64,000 nt of DNA from a bacterium (GCA_963674695.2 CAXXGI010000003.1:832001-896000), one strand, 5' to 3'. Positions 7,888 through 19,204 are shown, counted from the stretch's first letter. The notes: generated from the letters alone by a model not told the origin. Numbers and translations: made by a program.

Positions 7888-8078
7888 GCCGGATGTGGTT
7901 TTCGGGCTCATTGCCGGGAGGCGGCGGGGACCCTTCTCGGCGCGCGGGAGGTGGAGACCTCAGCCGGCCCTGCAACAAGAATACAATAGAGGTGGGCCGG
8001 AATGAGGTGGGTTCGCCGCCCGCGCGTCCGTGAAAGGGGTCGCCGCCGGAGGCACCGAGCCCGACAACCAGATCCGGC
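7888..8078 (+). ncRNA. Candidate structured RNA or ssDNA element: 191-nt unbranched rod hairpin
   Basis: Eight stacked helices from 7888/8078 to 7970/7994 and a 23-nt A-rich loop; pairing is clear, transcription is not shown. Confidence 0.45.
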
Positions 8079-8080
8079 GA

Positions 8081-8327
8081 AGATCCCTCGACTTCGCTTC
8101 GCTCGCTCGGGATGACAGCGGAATGTGCAGGAGATCCTTCGCGGAGTTTACCCTGAGCGAGCAACGCGAGTCGAAGGGCTCAGGATGACAACACCAGAGA
8201 TCCCTCGACTCGGCCTTTCAGGCCTCACTCGGGATGACAGTGAACGGATCACACCGACTGGATCCCCGATTACACCATTCGGGGATGACAAACGAGCGGA
8301 GATCCCTCGACTTCGCTCGGGATGACA
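8081..8327. repeat. Cluster of five co-oriented REP-like palindromes (GATCC...GGATGACA)
   Basis: Units at about 8081-8117, 8130-8190, 8197-8239, 8260-8290, 8298-8327, each ending GGATGACA. Confidence 0.85.
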
Positions 8328-8334
8328 ACAGCGG

Positions 8335-9990
8335 TTACATCGTGATGCCGGGGATCTTCACGCCTTTGGTTTTGGCGACTTCGATGGCTTCCTCGTATCC
8401 CGCATCGGCGTGGCGCAGGATTCCCATCGCGGGATCCGAGGTCAAGACGCGCTCCAGGCGCTTGGCCGCGGCGTCGGTTCCATCGGCGACGATCACCTGG
8501 CCGGCGTGGAGCGAGTAGCCGATGCCGACCCCTCCCCCATGATGGAAGCTGACCCAGCTCGCGCCGTTGACCGCGTTGATCAGGGCATTGAGGATCGGCC
8601 AGTCGGCGACGGCATCCGTTCCATCCTTCATCGCCTCGGTCTCGCGATTGGGGCTGGCCACCGAACCGCAGTCGAGGTGATCGCGGCCGATGACGATGGG
8701 GGCGCTCACCTTGCCCGTCTTCACCAGTTCGTTGAAGGCCAGTCCTGCCTTGGCGCGCGCGCCAAGCCCAAGCCAACAGATCCGCGAGGGGAGTCCCTGC
8801 CAGGCCACCCGTTTCTGTGCCATCTCGATCCAGCGCGCGAGCGCCTTGTCCTCCGGAAAGAGTTCCAGGATCACGCGATCGGTCTCGTAGATATCGTTCG
8901 GATCGCCGGAGAGGGCCACCCAGCGGAAGGGGCCCTTGCCCTCGCAGAAGAGCGGGCGGATGTAGGCCGGGACGAATCCCGGAAAGTCGAAGGCATTTTC
9001 CACCCCCGCGTGCTCTTTGGCCTGCGCGCGGATGTTGTTGCCGTAGTCGAAGACCGGGATGCCCAACCCCTTGAAGGCCAGCATCGCCCGGACCTGCTCG
9101 CCCATCGCCCGCCAGGACTCCTGACGATAGCGCTCGGGATTCTCGGCCCGCAGCGCGAGCGCTTCATTATACGTCATCCCGTTCGGGACATAGCCGCCCA
9201 GTTCATCGTGCGCGGAGGTCTGATCGGTGACGAGATCGGGTTTGACTCCACGGCGCAAAAGCTCCGGATAGACGTCTGCGGCGTTGCCCAAGAGGCCGAT
9301 CGAGATAGATTCTTTGTTTTTCAAGGCCTTATCGAGACGACTTAAAGCTTCATCTAAATCTTCATACATCTCATCCAAGTACTTATCTTTGATGCGTTTT
9401 TGCATTCGATCGCGATCGACCTCGATCCCGAGAAAACAGGCGCCCGCCATCGTGGCCGCCAATGGCTGTGCCCCTCCCATTCCGCCCAATCCCCCGGAAA
9501 GGATCCAACGACCGGTGAGATCGCCGCCGAAGTGCTGTCGCCCTGCCTCGACGAAGGTCTCATAGGTCCCCTGGAGGATCCCCTGCGTGCCGATATAGAT
9601 CCAGGAGCCGGCGGTCATCTGACCGTACATCATGAGACCACGCTGCTCGAGGTCGCGAAAGTGCTCCCAGGTGGCCCATTTGCCGACAAGATTGGAGTTG
9701 GCGATCAGCACGCGCGGGGCGTCCACGTGGCTCTTGAGGATCCCGACGGGCTTGCCTGATTGGACCAGCAGCGTCTCGTCCTCTTCGAGCTCGGTCAGCG
9801 CCTTCACGATCCGGTGATAGGCCTCCCAATCGCGCGCGGCCTTGCCCGTGCCGCCGTAGACGACCAGATCCTGGGGGCGTTCGGCCACCTCCGGATCGAG
9901 GTTGTTCATGAGCATGCGCAGCGCCGCTTCCTGCACCCAACCCTTGCAGGTGAGCTGCGAACCACGCGGAGCGCGAATGGATTCCACCAT
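8335..9990 (-). CDS. hutU: Urocanate hydratase
   Basis: [44 protein letters not shown]. Confidence 0.98.
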   Translation of the reverse strand: MVESIRAPRGSQLTCKGWVQEAALRMLMNNLDPEVAERPQDLVVYGGTGKAARDWEAYHRIVKALTELEEDETLLVQSGKPVGILKSHVDAPRVLIANSNLVGKWATWEHFRDLEQRGLMMYGQMTAGSWIYIGTQGILQGTYETFVEAGRQHFGGDLTGRWILSGGLGGMGGAQPLAATMAGACFLGIEVDRDRMQKRIKDKYLDEMYEDLDEALSRLDKALKNKESISIGLLGNAADVYPELLRRGVKPDLVTDQTSAHDELGGYVPNGMTYNEALALRAENPERYRQESWRAMGEQVRAMLAFKGLGIPVFDYGNNIRAQAKEHAGVENAFDFPGFVPAYIRPLFCEGKGPFRWVALSGDPNDIYETDRVILELFPEDKALARWIEMAQKRVAWQGLPSRICWLGLGARAKAGLAFNELVKTGKVSAPIVIGRDHLDCGSVASPNRETEAMKDGTDAVADWPILNALINAVNGASWVSFHHGGGVGIGYSLHAGQVIVADGTDAAAKRLERVLTSDPAMGILRHADAGYEEAIEVAKTKGVKIPGITM

Positions 9991-10011
9991 ATCCCCTCCT
10001 CGAAAATGAAT

Positions 10012-10548
10012 TTATTTCATCGATGGCGTAGCAGAGACAGGCGCCTGGATCAAGGCATCGATGTGCTGCAGGGCTTCCGGGGACTGCCAATCGACCGCCC
10101 CGCTCCCGCGCCAGGCGATGCGACCCTGCCGATCGATGAGAATGCTCTCGGGAACGCCATAGCTCTGGTAGAGATCGGCCACAGCCTGATCGCGATCGAT
10201 GAGGAGGGGAAACGGCGGTCGGAGACGCTGCGCAAAACGGGCCACGCCGGATGAATCGCTGCCATCCTCGGCAATGGCCAAGACCGCCAGATCTCCATAG
10301 TCGCGCTGCAGACGGATCAGGGAGGGAAATTCATGCACACAGGGGCCGCACCAGCTCGCCCAGAAATGGAGGAGGACCGGGCGACCCGCATAGGCGGCCA
10401 GGGCGACCGTCTCTCCCTCGAGCGTGGGGAGGGAAAAGCCAGGAGCGACATCCCCGGAACCGGGGCGCGTCCAATACTGATACGCCGACATCGCTGCGAG
10501 AGCGATGCCGGCGATCAGGAAAAAGAGAAAAAATCGTTTCATGCGCAT
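10012..10548 (-). CDS. TlpA/ResA-family thiol-disulfide oxidoreductase
   Basis: N-terminal membrane anchor, FWASWCGPC, GVPES. Confidence 0.92.
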   Translation of the reverse strand: MRMKRFFLFFLIAGIALAAMSAYQYWTRPGSGDVAPGFSLPTLEGETVALAAYAGRPVLLHFWASWCGPCVHEFPSLIRLQRDYGDLAVLAIAEDGSDSSGVARFAQRLRPPFPLLIDRDQAVADLYQSYGVPESILIDRQGRIAWRGSGAVDWQSPEALQHIDALIQAPVSATPSMK

Positions 10549-10568
10549 CAGGCGAATGAAGCGTCCCC

Positions 10569-11138
10569 CTACTTCTCAGACTTCTTGGCGGAAGCCTTCT
10601 TCGCAGTTTTTTTCGGCGCGGCCTTCTTCGAAGCGGCTTTCTTCGGCGCGGCCTTCTTCGCCGGCTTCTTTGCCGCCGGCTTTTTCGCCGTCTTCTTGGA
10701 CTCGGTCTTCTTCGGCGCCGCCTTCTTCTTCGGCTCGGCCTTCTTCTTGCCCGGCTTGGTCACCTTTGCCGCCTGCTTCGCCTCGGTATCCACATATTCG
10801 ATCATGGCCATCTCAGCGCAATCGCCATGACGGTTGCCGAGCTTGTAGATGCGAGTATATCCACCGTTGCGGCCGGCATAGCGCGGGGCCAGCTCGTCGA
10901 AGATCTTTTTCACGGCCTTCTTGTCCCGAATAATCGCGATGGCACGACGGCGCGCAGCAACGGTGCCTCGTTTTCCCAACGTCACCATGCGATCGGCCAT
11001 GCGCTTGAGTTCCTTGGCCTTGGGCAACGTCGTCTCGATGCGATCATGGATGACGAGCGAGCTGGTCATATTCGCCAACATCGACATGCGATGCGCGGTG
11101 GTACGACCCAATTTGCGATTAGCGACACGATGTCTCAT
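10569..11138 (-). CDS. rplQ: 50S ribosomal protein L17 with Lys/Ala-rich C-terminal tail
   Basis: [13 protein letters not shown]...[11 protein letters not shown]...GGYTRI. Confidence 0.98.
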   Translation of the reverse strand: MRHRVANRKLGRTTAHRMSMLANMTSSLVIHDRIETTLPKAKELKRMADRMVTLGKRGTVAARRRAIAIIRDKKAVKKIFDELAPRYAGRNGGYTRIYKLGNRHGDCAEMAMIEYVDTEAKQAAKVTKPGKKKAEPKKKAAPKKTESKKTAKKPAAKKPAKKAAPKKAASKKAAPKKTAKKASAKKSEK

Positions 11139-11177
11139 ATCCGTTCCTTCCCAGCGATCAGTACGATCGGTTTATCG

Positions 11178-12188
11178 TTATTCCACGTCCTTCGGGCGAT
11201 ACCGCTCTGCATCCTCAACGGTGAAATTGTCGAGCTTCATGCCGAGGGAGAGCCCCATGCTCGTCAGGATCTCCTTGATCTCGTTGAGCGACTTACGGCC
11301 GAAATTCTTGGTCTTGAGCATCTCGGCTTCACTCTTCTGACAGAGTTCGCCGATAAATTTGATATCGGCGTTCTGGAGACAGTTGGCCGAACGCACCGAA
11401 AGTTCCAGTTCATCGACACGGCGATACAGGTTTTCATTGAGCCGCGGGCCGTCCTCGCGATTGTCCATCTCGATCGGCTCGGGAAGCTCGTCAAAATTGA
11501 TGAAGATCTGCAGCTGTTCCTTGAGGATCTTCGCCGCAAAGGCAACCGCATCATCCGGACGAACCGAACCATCGGTCCAGACCTCGATCGCCAGTTTGTC
11601 ATAATCGGTGCGCTGACCGACGCGAGCGTTGGTCACATTATAATTACAACGCACGACCGGCGAATGGATCGAATCGATCGGAATCATGCCGATCGGATCA
11701 TCTTCGCGCTTATTCTGCTCGGCCGGCACATACCCCTTGCCCATGGCCACCTTGAGCTCAACCTTGAATTTCCCTTCTGGACCGAGTGTGGCGATATGCA
11801 GGTCGGGATTGAGGATCTCGAGCTTCTCGGAGGTCACCAAATCCTTCGCCTGAATAACACGCTCACCAGAAGCGTCGATGCGAATCACATCGGTATCGCC
11901 TTCGTGCAACTTCAAGCGAAGCTGCTTGAGATTGAGCACGATATCGGTCACATCTTCCTTCACACCGGGGATGCTCGTAAACTCATGCAGAACGCCATCG
12001 AGCTTCATGGATGTCACCGCAGCACCCTGCAACGACGACAACAGCGCGCGCCGTAGCGAATTACCCATGGTGATTCCATAGCCGCGCTCCAGCGGACTCG
12101 CGACAAACTTCCCGTAGGTCTGCGTTACCTTCTCCGCATCGAATTCCAGGCCACGGGGCCGAATCAACCGCCTCCAATTCCGATACAT
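11178..12188 (-). CDS. rpoA: RNA polymerase alpha subunit
   Basis: [38 protein letters not shown]. Confidence 0.99.
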   Translation of the reverse strand: MYRNWRRLIRPRGLEFDAEKVTQTYGKFVASPLERGYGITMGNSLRRALLSSLQGAAVTSMKLDGVLHEFTSIPGVKEDVTDIVLNLKQLRLKLHEGDTDVIRIDASGERVIQAKDLVTSEKLEILNPDLHIATLGPEGKFKVELKVAMGKGYVPAEQNKREDDPIGMIPIDSIHSPVVRCNYNVTNARVGQRTDYDKLAIEVWTDGSVRPDDAVAFAAKILKEQLQIFINFDELPEPIEMDNREDGPRLNENLYRRVDELELSVRSANCLQNADIKFIGELCQKSEAEMLKTKNFGRKSLNEIKEILTSMGLSLGMKLDNFTVEDAERYRPKDVE

Positions 12189-12272
12189 AGTGCCTCCTTG
12201 GGCGCCACCACTCCCCGCTCATCGGCGAGGCTCCACGGCATCCCTCAATGTCGTTCACTTCAAACGATACAT

Positions 12273-12902
12273 TTACTTCGAGTAGAGTTCGACGATCAGG
12301 TGCTCCTGGATCGGCACGTCGAGCTGTTCGCGCGTCGGGTACGCCATCACCTTGGCCTGCCATTTGTCGCGCTCAAGCATGAGCCACTCCGGAACTCCGC
12401 GACGTTCGACGGCTTCCATCGACTCGGCGATGGTGGCAACCTTTTGGCTCTTCGCGCTGACCGTAACCGAATCACCCTGACGCACGAGGTAGGACGGAAT
12501 ATTCACGCGACGCCCATTGATCGAAAAATGACCGTGCCGCACCATCTGCCGCGCCTGCGTACGCGAACGCGCAAATCCCATGCGATAGACCATATTGTCG
12601 AGGCGACGCTCCAACAGCAGCAAGAGATTGTCACCCGTGACGCCCTTCATGCTATCGGCCATGTGGAAATAGCGACGGAACTGCTTCTCGAGAACACCGT
12701 AGATCTGCTTGGCGCGCTGTTTTTCCCGCAGCTGGATGCCGTAGTCGGACGCCTTGCGCCGCCGGCTCTGGCCATGCACTCCAGGCGGATAGGCACGTCG
12801 CTCATAGGCACACTTTTCGGTATAACACCGGTCTCCTTTGAGAAAGAGCTTCATGCCCTCCCGGCGACAACGGCGACATACGGATTCACGATATCGAGCC
12901 AT
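12273..12902 (-). CDS. rpsD: 30S ribosomal protein S4 (zinc-binding type)
   Basis: [30 protein letters not shown]. Confidence 0.98.
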   Translation of the reverse strand: MARYRESVCRRCRREGMKLFLKGDRCYTEKCAYERRAYPPGVHGQSRRRKASDYGIQLREKQRAKQIYGVLEKQFRRYFHMADSMKGVTGDNLLLLLERRLDNMVYRMGFARSRTQARQMVRHGHFSINGRRVNIPSYLVRQGDSVTVSAKSQKVATIAESMEAVERRGVPEWLMLERDKWQAKVMAYPTREQLDVPIQEHLIVELYSK

Positions 12903-12982
12903 ACTTCCTCCAAAAACCGTGACTCGTAACTCGTGACTCGCACATCGTAAAAAGTCACAAGTTCCGAATCGTTCAATAGCAA

Positions 12983-13381
12983 TTATACCCTGCGACGTTT
13001 TGGCGGCCGGCAACCATTATGCGGAATTGGCGTGATATCGCGAATTCCGGTCACGCGCACGCCGGTTTTGGACAGTGCGCGCAGCGCCGATTCACGACCA
13101 CCGCCGGGCCCACTGACCACCACATTGGCTGCACGCAAACCATGGTCATAGGCTTTGCGCACCGCATCCTCAGCAGCCAGCTGAGCCGCAAAGGGCGTAC
13201 TCTTGCGCGACCCTTTAAAACCACGCACACCGGCGGATGACCATGCAATGACATTGCCCGTCACATCGGTTACGGTGATAATGGTGTTGTTAAACGTCGA
13301 GCGAATATGAACCGTCCCCACAGGGATGTTCTTCTTGACGCGCTTTTTCCCTTTTTTCGCAACCCGCTTTGCTTCCGCCAT
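12983..13381 (-). CDS. rpsK: 30S ribosomal protein S11
   Basis: [29 protein letters not shown]. Confidence 0.98.
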   Translation of the reverse strand: MAEAKRVAKKGKKRVKKNIPVGTVHIRSTFNNTIITVTDVTGNVIAWSSAGVRGFKGSRKSTPFAAQLAAEDAVRKAYDHGLRAANVVVSGPGGGRESALRALSKTGVRVTGIRDITPIPHNGCRPPKRRRV

Positions 13382-13439
13382 GAATAGCCTCCTGATACAG
13401 CAGCCGCTCCTCGGCTGCCCATGAAACAACCATCAATCT

Positions 13440-13817
13440 CTATGCCACCTTCTTCTTTCCGGTGATGGCCATGCGCTTCTTTCCCTTGGTCGTACGGGCA
13501 TTGGTATGCGTCCGCTGACCTCTGCATGGCAGCTTGCGAATGTGACGCTGGCCCCGATAGGAACCCAGGTCCTTGAGGCGTTTGATGTTCGACTGAATCT
13601 CACGGCGCAGGTCACCCTCGACCTTAAACCCGGAGTCGATCACCTCGCGGATCTTCGCAATCTGAGCCTCTGTAAGATCATCAGCTCGAATGCTCTCATC
13701 GATCCCGGCGATATCGAGAATTTTTTTCGATGTCGTCGGTCCGATGCCATAGACGTAGGTGAGCGCAATTACGCTTCTCTTTTTCCCTGGAACGTCGACA
13801 CCCGAAATACGTGGCAT
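13440..13817 (-). CDS. rpsM: 30S ribosomal protein S13
   Basis: [19 protein letters not shown]. Confidence 0.98.
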   Translation of the reverse strand: MPRISGVDVPGKKRSVIALTYVYGIGPTTSKKILDIAGIDESIRADDLTEAQIAKIREVIDSGFKVEGDLRREIQSNIKRLKDLGSYRGQRHIRKLPCRGQRTHTNARTTKGKKRMAITGKKKVA

Positions 13818-13897
13818 AATCTTTCTCCTTTAAGGCCGTTTCATCTCGCGCGAACCACCATGCATCTTGATTCGAACAACGACAAACGAACAACAGA

Positions 13898-14011
13898 TTA
13901 ACCTTGTCTCTGTTTATGCTTCGGATTCACGCAGATCACACGCACAACACCCTTTCGCTTGATGATCTTGCACTTGTCACAAATTTTCTTCACCGATGAA
14001 CGCACCTTCAT
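13898..14011 (-). CDS. rpmJ: 50S ribosomal protein L36 (too short for the ORF track)
   Basis: Translated by hand: [37 protein letters not shown]. Confidence 0.97.
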   Translation of the reverse strand: MKVRSSVKKICDKCKIIKRKGVVRVICVNPKHKQRQG

Positions 14012-14086
14012 AACTTCCTCCACTTTTCTTCCTCACGAGTGAACGTTCTAGCCCTCTCGCTCAGGATAACCGTGCTCCGAGCACAA

Positions 14087-14305
14087 TCATTTCGTCCGAT
14101 AGGTGATGCGACCTCGCGTTAAATCATAGGGTGAAAGCTCAACGGTCACCTTATCGCCGGGCAGGATTTTAATAAAATGCATCCGCATCTTGCCCGATAC
14201 ATGCGCCAAAACCCGATGGCCATTTTCCAACTCCACCCGGAACATCGCATTTGGCAATGTCTCCAAAACCTTTCCTTCAACGACGATCGCATCGTCCTTT
14301 GCCAT
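14087..14305 (-). CDS. infA: Translation initiation factor IF-1
   Basis: [27 protein letters not shown]. Confidence 0.98.
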   Translation of the reverse strand: MAKDDAIVVEGKVLETLPNAMFRVELENGHRVLAHVSGKMRMHFIKILPGDKVTVELSPYDLTRGRITYRTK

Positions 14306-14322
14306 ATCCACTCCTACAAACG

Positions 14323-15069
14323 TTACAGCACGCTCAGAATTTCAGGGCCGTCGTCCATGATGGCGATCGAATGCTCAAAATGCGCCGAGAGCTTTCGATC
14401 TTTCGTTACCACCGTCCAGCCATCATCAAGCACTTCGACCTCATGCGTACCCAGATTGAACATCGGTTCAAGCGCCACAACCAGACCACGGCGCAACTTC
14501 AATCCTGTTCCCGCTTCACCGAAGTTCGGAACCTGAGGTTCCTCATGAAGACCTCGGCCGATCCCATGACCGACATAATCCCGTACAATCCCGTATCCCG
14601 ATTCCACCGCACAGCGTTCGATGGCAGCAGAGATGTCATGCAATCGATTTCCCACTCGAGCTGCAGCCACACCGCACATGAGCGCCTCTTCAGTCACTCG
14701 CATCAGCTGGCTTGCCTCGCGGGACACCTTTCCCACCGGAAAGGTCCAGGCATGATCGCCAAAAAAACCGTCCAGCAGAACCCCACAATCGACGCTGACG
14801 ATATCACCCTCAATGAGCTCACGCGGCCCGGGAATACCATGAACAATCTGTTCATTCACCGAAACGCAGAGCGTGTGATGATATCCTGGAACCGTCGAAA
14901 ACGCTGGCTTGGCTCCACGGCTCCGGATGTGTTCCGTGGCGATCCATTCCAGATCACCCGTCGTCACCCCCGGCGCGATATTCTCCGCCAAACGCTCCAT
15001 GACCTCCGCCACGATGCGGTTGGATTCGCGGAGCTTATCCACCTCTTCTCGTGATTTGAGAATGATCAT
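14323..15069 (-). CDS. map: Type I methionine aminopeptidase
   Basis: [28 protein letters not shown]. Confidence 0.97.
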   Translation of the reverse strand: MIILKSREEVDKLRESNRIVAEVMERLAENIAPGVTTGDLEWIATEHIRSRGAKPAFSTVPGYHHTLCVSVNEQIVHGIPGPRELIEGDIVSVDCGVLLDGFFGDHAWTFPVGKVSREASQLMRVTEEALMCGVAAARVGNRLHDISAAIERCAVESGYGIVRDYVGHGIGRGLHEEPQVPNFGEAGTGLKLRRGLVVALEPMFNLGTHEVEVLDDGWTVVTKDRKLSAHFEHSIAIMDDGPEILSVL

Positions 15070-15089
15070 GGCTTCGCTGCCAAGGCCCA

Positions 15090-15734
15090 TTACGACTCAA
15101 CGGCCTGAATCACGCGTTCAAAGATCGAATCGATCGAGCCTGTTCCTGAAATATTTCGCAACAGGCCTTTGTTCTCATAATAGGCTAAAAGGGGCTCGGT
15201 CTGCGTCTTGTATACCCGCAAGCGATCCCGAACCGTTTGCTCATTATCATCATCACGCTGGTAGAGCTCGCCCCCACAGGAATCGCACACACCATCCTGC
15301 TTCGCCGGTTTGAAGGAAACGTGATACCCCGTTCCACAGGAACGGCACTGACGCCTTCCGGAGAGACGCGCAACAACATCCTCGTCAGTCACATCGAGGT
15401 TCACCGCAGCGGTGAGCTCCTGCTGCATCTGGGCCAGCATCTGATCGAGGGCCTCTGCCTGCCCCTGCGTCCGGGGAAACCCATCCAGGATATAGCCCCC
15501 CTGGCAATCGGATTTCGCTAAACGCTCCCGCATGATGCCGACGATGACATCATCGGTAACGAGTTCGCCGCGATCCATGAAGGCCTTCGCTTGAAGCCCC
15601 ACTTCGGTGCCTTCGCGAACAGCGGCACGCAGCATATCGCCCGTCGACAACTGTGGGATGCCCCACTTCGCTTCGAGCATCTTTCCCTGCGTTCCCTTCC
15701 CGCACCCGGGAGGTCCCATCAATACGATTCGCAT
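15090..15734 (-). CDS. adk: Adenylate kinase (zinc-lid type)
   Basis: GPPGCGKGTQ, STGDMLR, LDGFPRT. Confidence 0.98.
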   Translation of the reverse strand: MRIVLMGPPGCGKGTQGKMLEAKWGIPQLSTGDMLRAAVREGTEVGLQAKAFMDRGELVTDDVIVGIMRERLAKSDCQGGYILDGFPRTQGQAEALDQMLAQMQQELTAAVNLDVTDEDVVARLSGRRQCRSCGTGYHVSFKPAKQDGVCDSCGGELYQRDDDNEQTVRDRLRVYKTQTEPLLAYYENKGLLRNISGTGSIDSIFERVIQAVES

Positions 15735-15799
15735 AACCTTCGGCATAATCACCCTTTTCACATCACCTTCAAAGAAAACCGCTCACATGATTTTTTCGA

Positions 15800-17107
15800 T
15801 CAACTCTTCCGTCCGCGAAAACGTCCGCCAGCCTTTGCGCCGAGGAACCCTTCATAGTGACGCGTAAGCAGATGCGATTCGATTTGCGACAACGTATCCA
15901 TCGCCACGCCGACGACGATCAGCAACGAGGTACCACCGAAGGTGTAGGCAAGCGATGACGGAATACCAAAATGCCTGATCAGAAACTGCGGCAGGATACA
16001 AACCGCCGCCACATAGAGGGCACCACCAAGCGTAATCCGCGTAAGCACTCGATCGATATAATCCGCCGTATTCTTCCCTGGACGTATGCCAGGGATAAAT
16101 CCGCCGTATTTCTTCATATTATCCGCAACATCGATCGGATTGAAGGTGACCGCCGTATAGAAGAACGCAAAGAAGATAATCAAACCGGCATAGAGAGACG
16201 TGTAGATCCAGCCGGAAGAGAGCGTGCCGGCGATCTTCTGCATCACCCCACCCTCTGAGAACTGCGCGATCGTTGCCGGAAACATAATGATAGAAGAGGC
16301 AAAGATGGCCGGAATCACGCCCGCCGTATTGACCTTGAGGGGGAGATGCGAGCTCTGCCCCCCATACATCTTATTTCCTACCACGCGCTTCGCATACTGA
16401 ACCGGAATACGGCGCTGGGCGCGCTCGACATAGATGATAACGCCGATGATGAGCGCAATAAATGCACAGAGCACCACGAATCCAAAGAAGCCAGCAAACT
16501 GTTCCTTGGTCATCCAGGCATCACGGAAGCCGATCGGAATACGCGTCACGATACCGGCGAAGATGATAAGCGAAATACCGTTTCCAATGCCACGTTCGGT
16601 GATCATCTCGCCCAGCCACATGAGAAAGGCCGTACCAGCCGCAAGCGTCACCATGGTGGTAAAATAAAACTGCCACGGTTCGACGCCGGGGAGCACCGCC
16701 CCCTGCTGTTTGAGGCCGTAACTGATACCGAACCCCTGAATGAGCGAAAGCACCACCGTCCCATACCGGGTGTACTGTGTAATTTTCTTGCGACCAGCGT
16801 CCCCCTCTTTCGAGAGACGCTCGATCGAAGGAACCGCCACCGTCAGCAGCTGAAAGATGATCGACGCGCTGATGTAGGGCATGATACCAAGCGCAAAGAC
16901 CGAAAACTGCGACAGCGCGCCACCGGAGAAGAGATTGAAGATTTCAAAGATCGTTCCCTGCGAGACAATTTTACGCACCGCTTCGGCACTGATCCCTGGA
17001 GTAGGAACGTAGATGCCGATTCGATAGATCCCAAGCATCAAAATCGTGAAGAGAATACGTTTACGAAGCTCCGGAATCTTGGCGATGTTCGCAAAATTCT
17101 CAGCCAC
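15800..17107 (-). CDS. secY: Preprotein translocase SecY
   Basis: [32 protein letters not shown]. Confidence 0.99.
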   Translation of the reverse strand: MAENFANIAKIPELRKRILFTILMLGIYRIGIYVPTPGISAEAVRKIVSQGTIFEIFNLFSGGALSQFSVFALGIMPYISASIIFQLLTVAVPSIERLSKEGDAGRKKITQYTRYGTVVLSLIQGFGISYGLKQQGAVLPGVEPWQFYFTTMVTLAAGTAFLMWLGEMITERGIGNGISLIIFAGIVTRIPIGFRDAWMTKEQFAGFFGFVVLCAFIALIIGVIIYVERAQRRIPVQYAKRVVGNKMYGGQSSHLPLKVNTAGVIPAIFASSIIMFPATIAQFSEGGVMQKIAGTLSSGWIYTSLYAGLIIFFAFFYTAVTFNPIDVADNMKKYGGFIPGIRPGKNTADYIDRVLTRITLGGALYVAAVCILPQFLIRHFGIPSSLAYTFGGTSLLIVVGVAMDTLSQIESHLLTRHYEGFLGAKAGGRFRGRKS

Positions 17108-17549
17108 GTATCACCTCGACGGTTCCGCCAGCCGCTTCGATCTTGCTGCGCGCCGTCGCAGAAATGGCACGCACCTTGAGCGTAATGGGATTCGCAATTT
17201 CACCGCGACCCAACACCTTGATGCCATCGAAGAGACGACCCGTCATACCGCGTTCGAGAATAAGCTCTTCCGTGACGACCGTCCCCGCCTCGAGTACGGC
17301 GAGCTGCTCGACATTGATGATGCCGTAACGCGTCGCAAAAATATTCGTAAAGCCGCGCTTCGGAAGGCGCCGACGCAGTGGCATCTGACCGCCTTCGAAG
17401 CCCACCTTATGGTAGCCACCGGCGCGCGCCTTCTGTCCCTTGTGGCCACGGCCAGCCGTTCCACCCTGTCCGGAGGCGTCGCCACGCCCAAGGCGCTTTG
17501 TCTTTTTCTTCTTCCGCCCCTGTGGGCGCGGGATCTCATTCAATTTCAT
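17100..17549 (-). CDS. rplO: 50S ribosomal protein L15
   Basis: [25 protein letters not shown]. Confidence 0.98.
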   Translation of the reverse strand: MKLNEIPRPQGRKKKKTKRLGRGDASGQGGTAGRGHKGQKARAGGYHKVGFEGGQMPLRRRLPKRGFTNIFATRYGIINVEQLAVLEAGTVVTEELILERGMTGRLFDGIKVLGRGEIANPITLKVRAISATARSKIEAAGGTVEVIRG

Positions 17550-17577
17550 ATCATCGCTCCTTCGCGCAGAAAACCGG

Positions 17578-17778
17578 TCACGCCGACACCTGGGCGCCAT
17601 CCTCAACGATCTGCACCAGATGCGCCACGCTCTTCACCATGCCGCGCGTCTCTGCCGTATCGATTATCGTCCGAACATGCTGCATCCGCCGCAGTCCTAA
17701 ACCGACGACGGTCGCACGATGTTTGGGCTTTGCTCCGTTAGGACTCCGAACGAGTTTTACTTTCATCATCGCTGCCAT
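17578..17778 (-). CDS. rpmD: 50S ribosomal protein L30
   Basis: [26 protein letters not shown]; exact start uncertain. Confidence 0.93.
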   Translation of the reverse strand: MAAMMKVKLVRSPNGAKPKHRATVVGLGLRRMQHVRTIIDTAETRGMVKSVAHLVQIVEDGAQVSA

Positions 17779-18256
17779 GTTTGGACCTCATGCGTGCTTT
17801 GGCCTCCGGCGTGATAAGCCGGGTCAGGCCGTTCAATGTTGCCTTGATCACATTATGCGGGTTGTTCGTGCCAATGCACTTGGTCAGGATATTGTGAATC
17901 CCAGCCGCCTCGACCACCGCACGAACGGGGCCACCAGCGATCACGCCCGTACCTTTCGATGCGGGCTTGAGGACGACCCGACCGGCACCATAGCGCCCGA
18001 TAATCTCATGGGGAATGGTTTCATCCAGGATCGGAATCTGCTTGAGATTTCGCTTTGCCCGCTCGGTCGCTTTTTGAATGGCCGGCGGCACTTCCTTTGC
18101 CTTACCCAGGCCGCAACCAACGCTCCCGCTGCCATCGCCCACGACGACCAACGCCGAAAAACTAAAGCGTTTTCCGCCCTTGACGACCTTCGCAACACGG
18201 CCGATATGCACCACCCGCTCGATCAGTTCTGATTTTGGCTTTCTGAAGGATTCCAT
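17738..18256 (-). CDS. rpsE: 30S ribosomal protein S5
   Basis: [30 protein letters not shown]. Confidence 0.98.
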   Translation of the reverse strand: MESFRKPKSELIERVVHIGRVAKVVKGGKRFSFSALVVVGDGSGSVGCGLGKAKEVPPAIQKATERAKRNLKQIPILDETIPHEIIGRYGAGRVVLKPASKGTGVIAGGPVRAVVEAAGIHNILTKCIGTNNPHNVIKATLNGLTRLITPEAKARMRSKHGSDDESKTRSES

Positions 18257-18615
18257 CAGAATTTCAATCCTTTCTGCCGTGCGGCTTCCGCGAGCGCCTT
18301 GACACGCCCGTGATAGAGGCATCCGTTGCGATCGAACACAACCTGGTCTATGCCGTTTTGCTTCGCCCGCTCGGCGATCCATTCGCCGACCGTCTTCGCC
18401 CCATCGCAGTTTCCACCCTTCTTCCCGCTCTCTTGGAACGGCTTCTCGTAGGTGGATGCTGCCACAAGCGTCTTGCCACTCAGGTCATCCGTTAGCTGGA
18501 CGCTGATATGATTGAGACTCCGAAAGACACTCATTCGAGGACGCTCAGGCGTACCCGAAATTTTTTTCCGAATGCGGCGCTTGCGACGCATGCGACTAAC
18601 CCGACGTGTTTCCAT
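18256..18615 (-). CDS. rplR: 50S ribosomal protein L18
   Basis: [29 protein letters not shown]. Confidence 0.98.
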   Translation of the reverse strand: METRRVSRMRRKRRIRKKISGTPERPRMSVFRSLNHISVQLTDDLSGKTLVAASTYEKPFQESGKKGGNCDGAKTVGEWIAERAKQNGIDQVVFDRNGCLYHGRVKALAEAARQKGLKF

Positions 18616-18618
18616 CTG

Positions 18619-19179
18619 TTATCCTCCCGTTCCCGCGGCTGCCTTACCGACCTTGCGCCGCACGACTTCATCCGAATATCGAACACCCTTACCCTTATAC
18701 GGCTCAGGTGGACGCAGACGTCGAATGCGTGCAGCGGTCTCACCCACCAACTGCCGATCGGAGCCGCTGATCGTTACGCGCGTCTGTTTCTCCACCGCCA
18801 CATCGATGCCCTTCGGCAACGCGAACTCAACCGGATGGGAGAACCCCAAGCTGAGGTTGAGCGTACTGCCTTTTGCTTCGGCGCGATACCCCACGCCGAC
18901 AATCTCGAGCGTTCGAGTGAACCCCTCTGAAACGCCCGTAGCCATATTTTGGATGAGCGCGCGCAACAATCCCTGCTGGGTGCTACCGGCACGGTTATCC
19001 TGGCGTCGCGTCACCGTGATCGACTCACCGTCGATGGCGAGCTGCACAACGGGGTAGCGTGCCTCTGACACGTCCAACGTGAGCAGCCCCTTCGGCCCCT
19101 TTACGGTCAGCACACCGTTCGCAATTGATGCCGTCACTCCTTTTGCAAGATTGACCGGCCGTTTCCCTATTCGAGACAT
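18619..19179 (-). CDS. rplF: 50S ribosomal protein L6
   Basis: MSRIGK, GVGYRA, RPPEPYKGKG. Confidence 0.98.
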   Translation of the reverse strand: MSRIGKRPVNLAKGVTASIANGVLTVKGPKGLLTLDVSEARYPVVQLAIDGESITVTRRQDNRAGSTQQGLLRALIQNMATGVSEGFTRTLEIVGVGYRAEAKGSTLNLSLGFSHPVEFALPKGIDVAVEKQTRVTISGSDRQLVGETAARIRRLRPPEPYKGKGVRYSDEVVRRKVGKAAAGTGG

Positions 19180-19204
19180 ATCGATTCTCCCATCGTTCTC
19201 ATCA

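Noticed and set aside
7925-7970. Minus strand GGGCCGG...TCTCCACCTCCCGCGCGCCGA..GGG resembles the 5' half of the HDV antigenomic ribozyme
   Set aside because: P1 and P3 cannot form (GGGCCGG vs CCGAGAA; ACC vs GCG); treated as coincidence unless a descriptor search finds another register
7888-8078. 6S RNA, SRP RNA or retron msr-msd identity for the rod hairpin
   Set aside because: Length fits 6S but there is no central bubble; no SRP domain IV; no reverse transcriptase in the window
8081-8327. CRISPR array
   Set aside because: Units vary in length and loop sequence, spacers are only 6-20 nt, and there are no cas genes; fits REP elements
2357-8334. Integron cassette array with attC sites
   Set aside because: No RYYYAAC...GTTRRRY paired sites found in the gaps; GTTAGGC at about 7508 lies inside the GNAT frame on the opposite strand; no intI
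17738-17778. rpsE/rpmD overlap of up to 41 nt
   Set aside because: Both proteins are complete; a short S5 tail extension explains it
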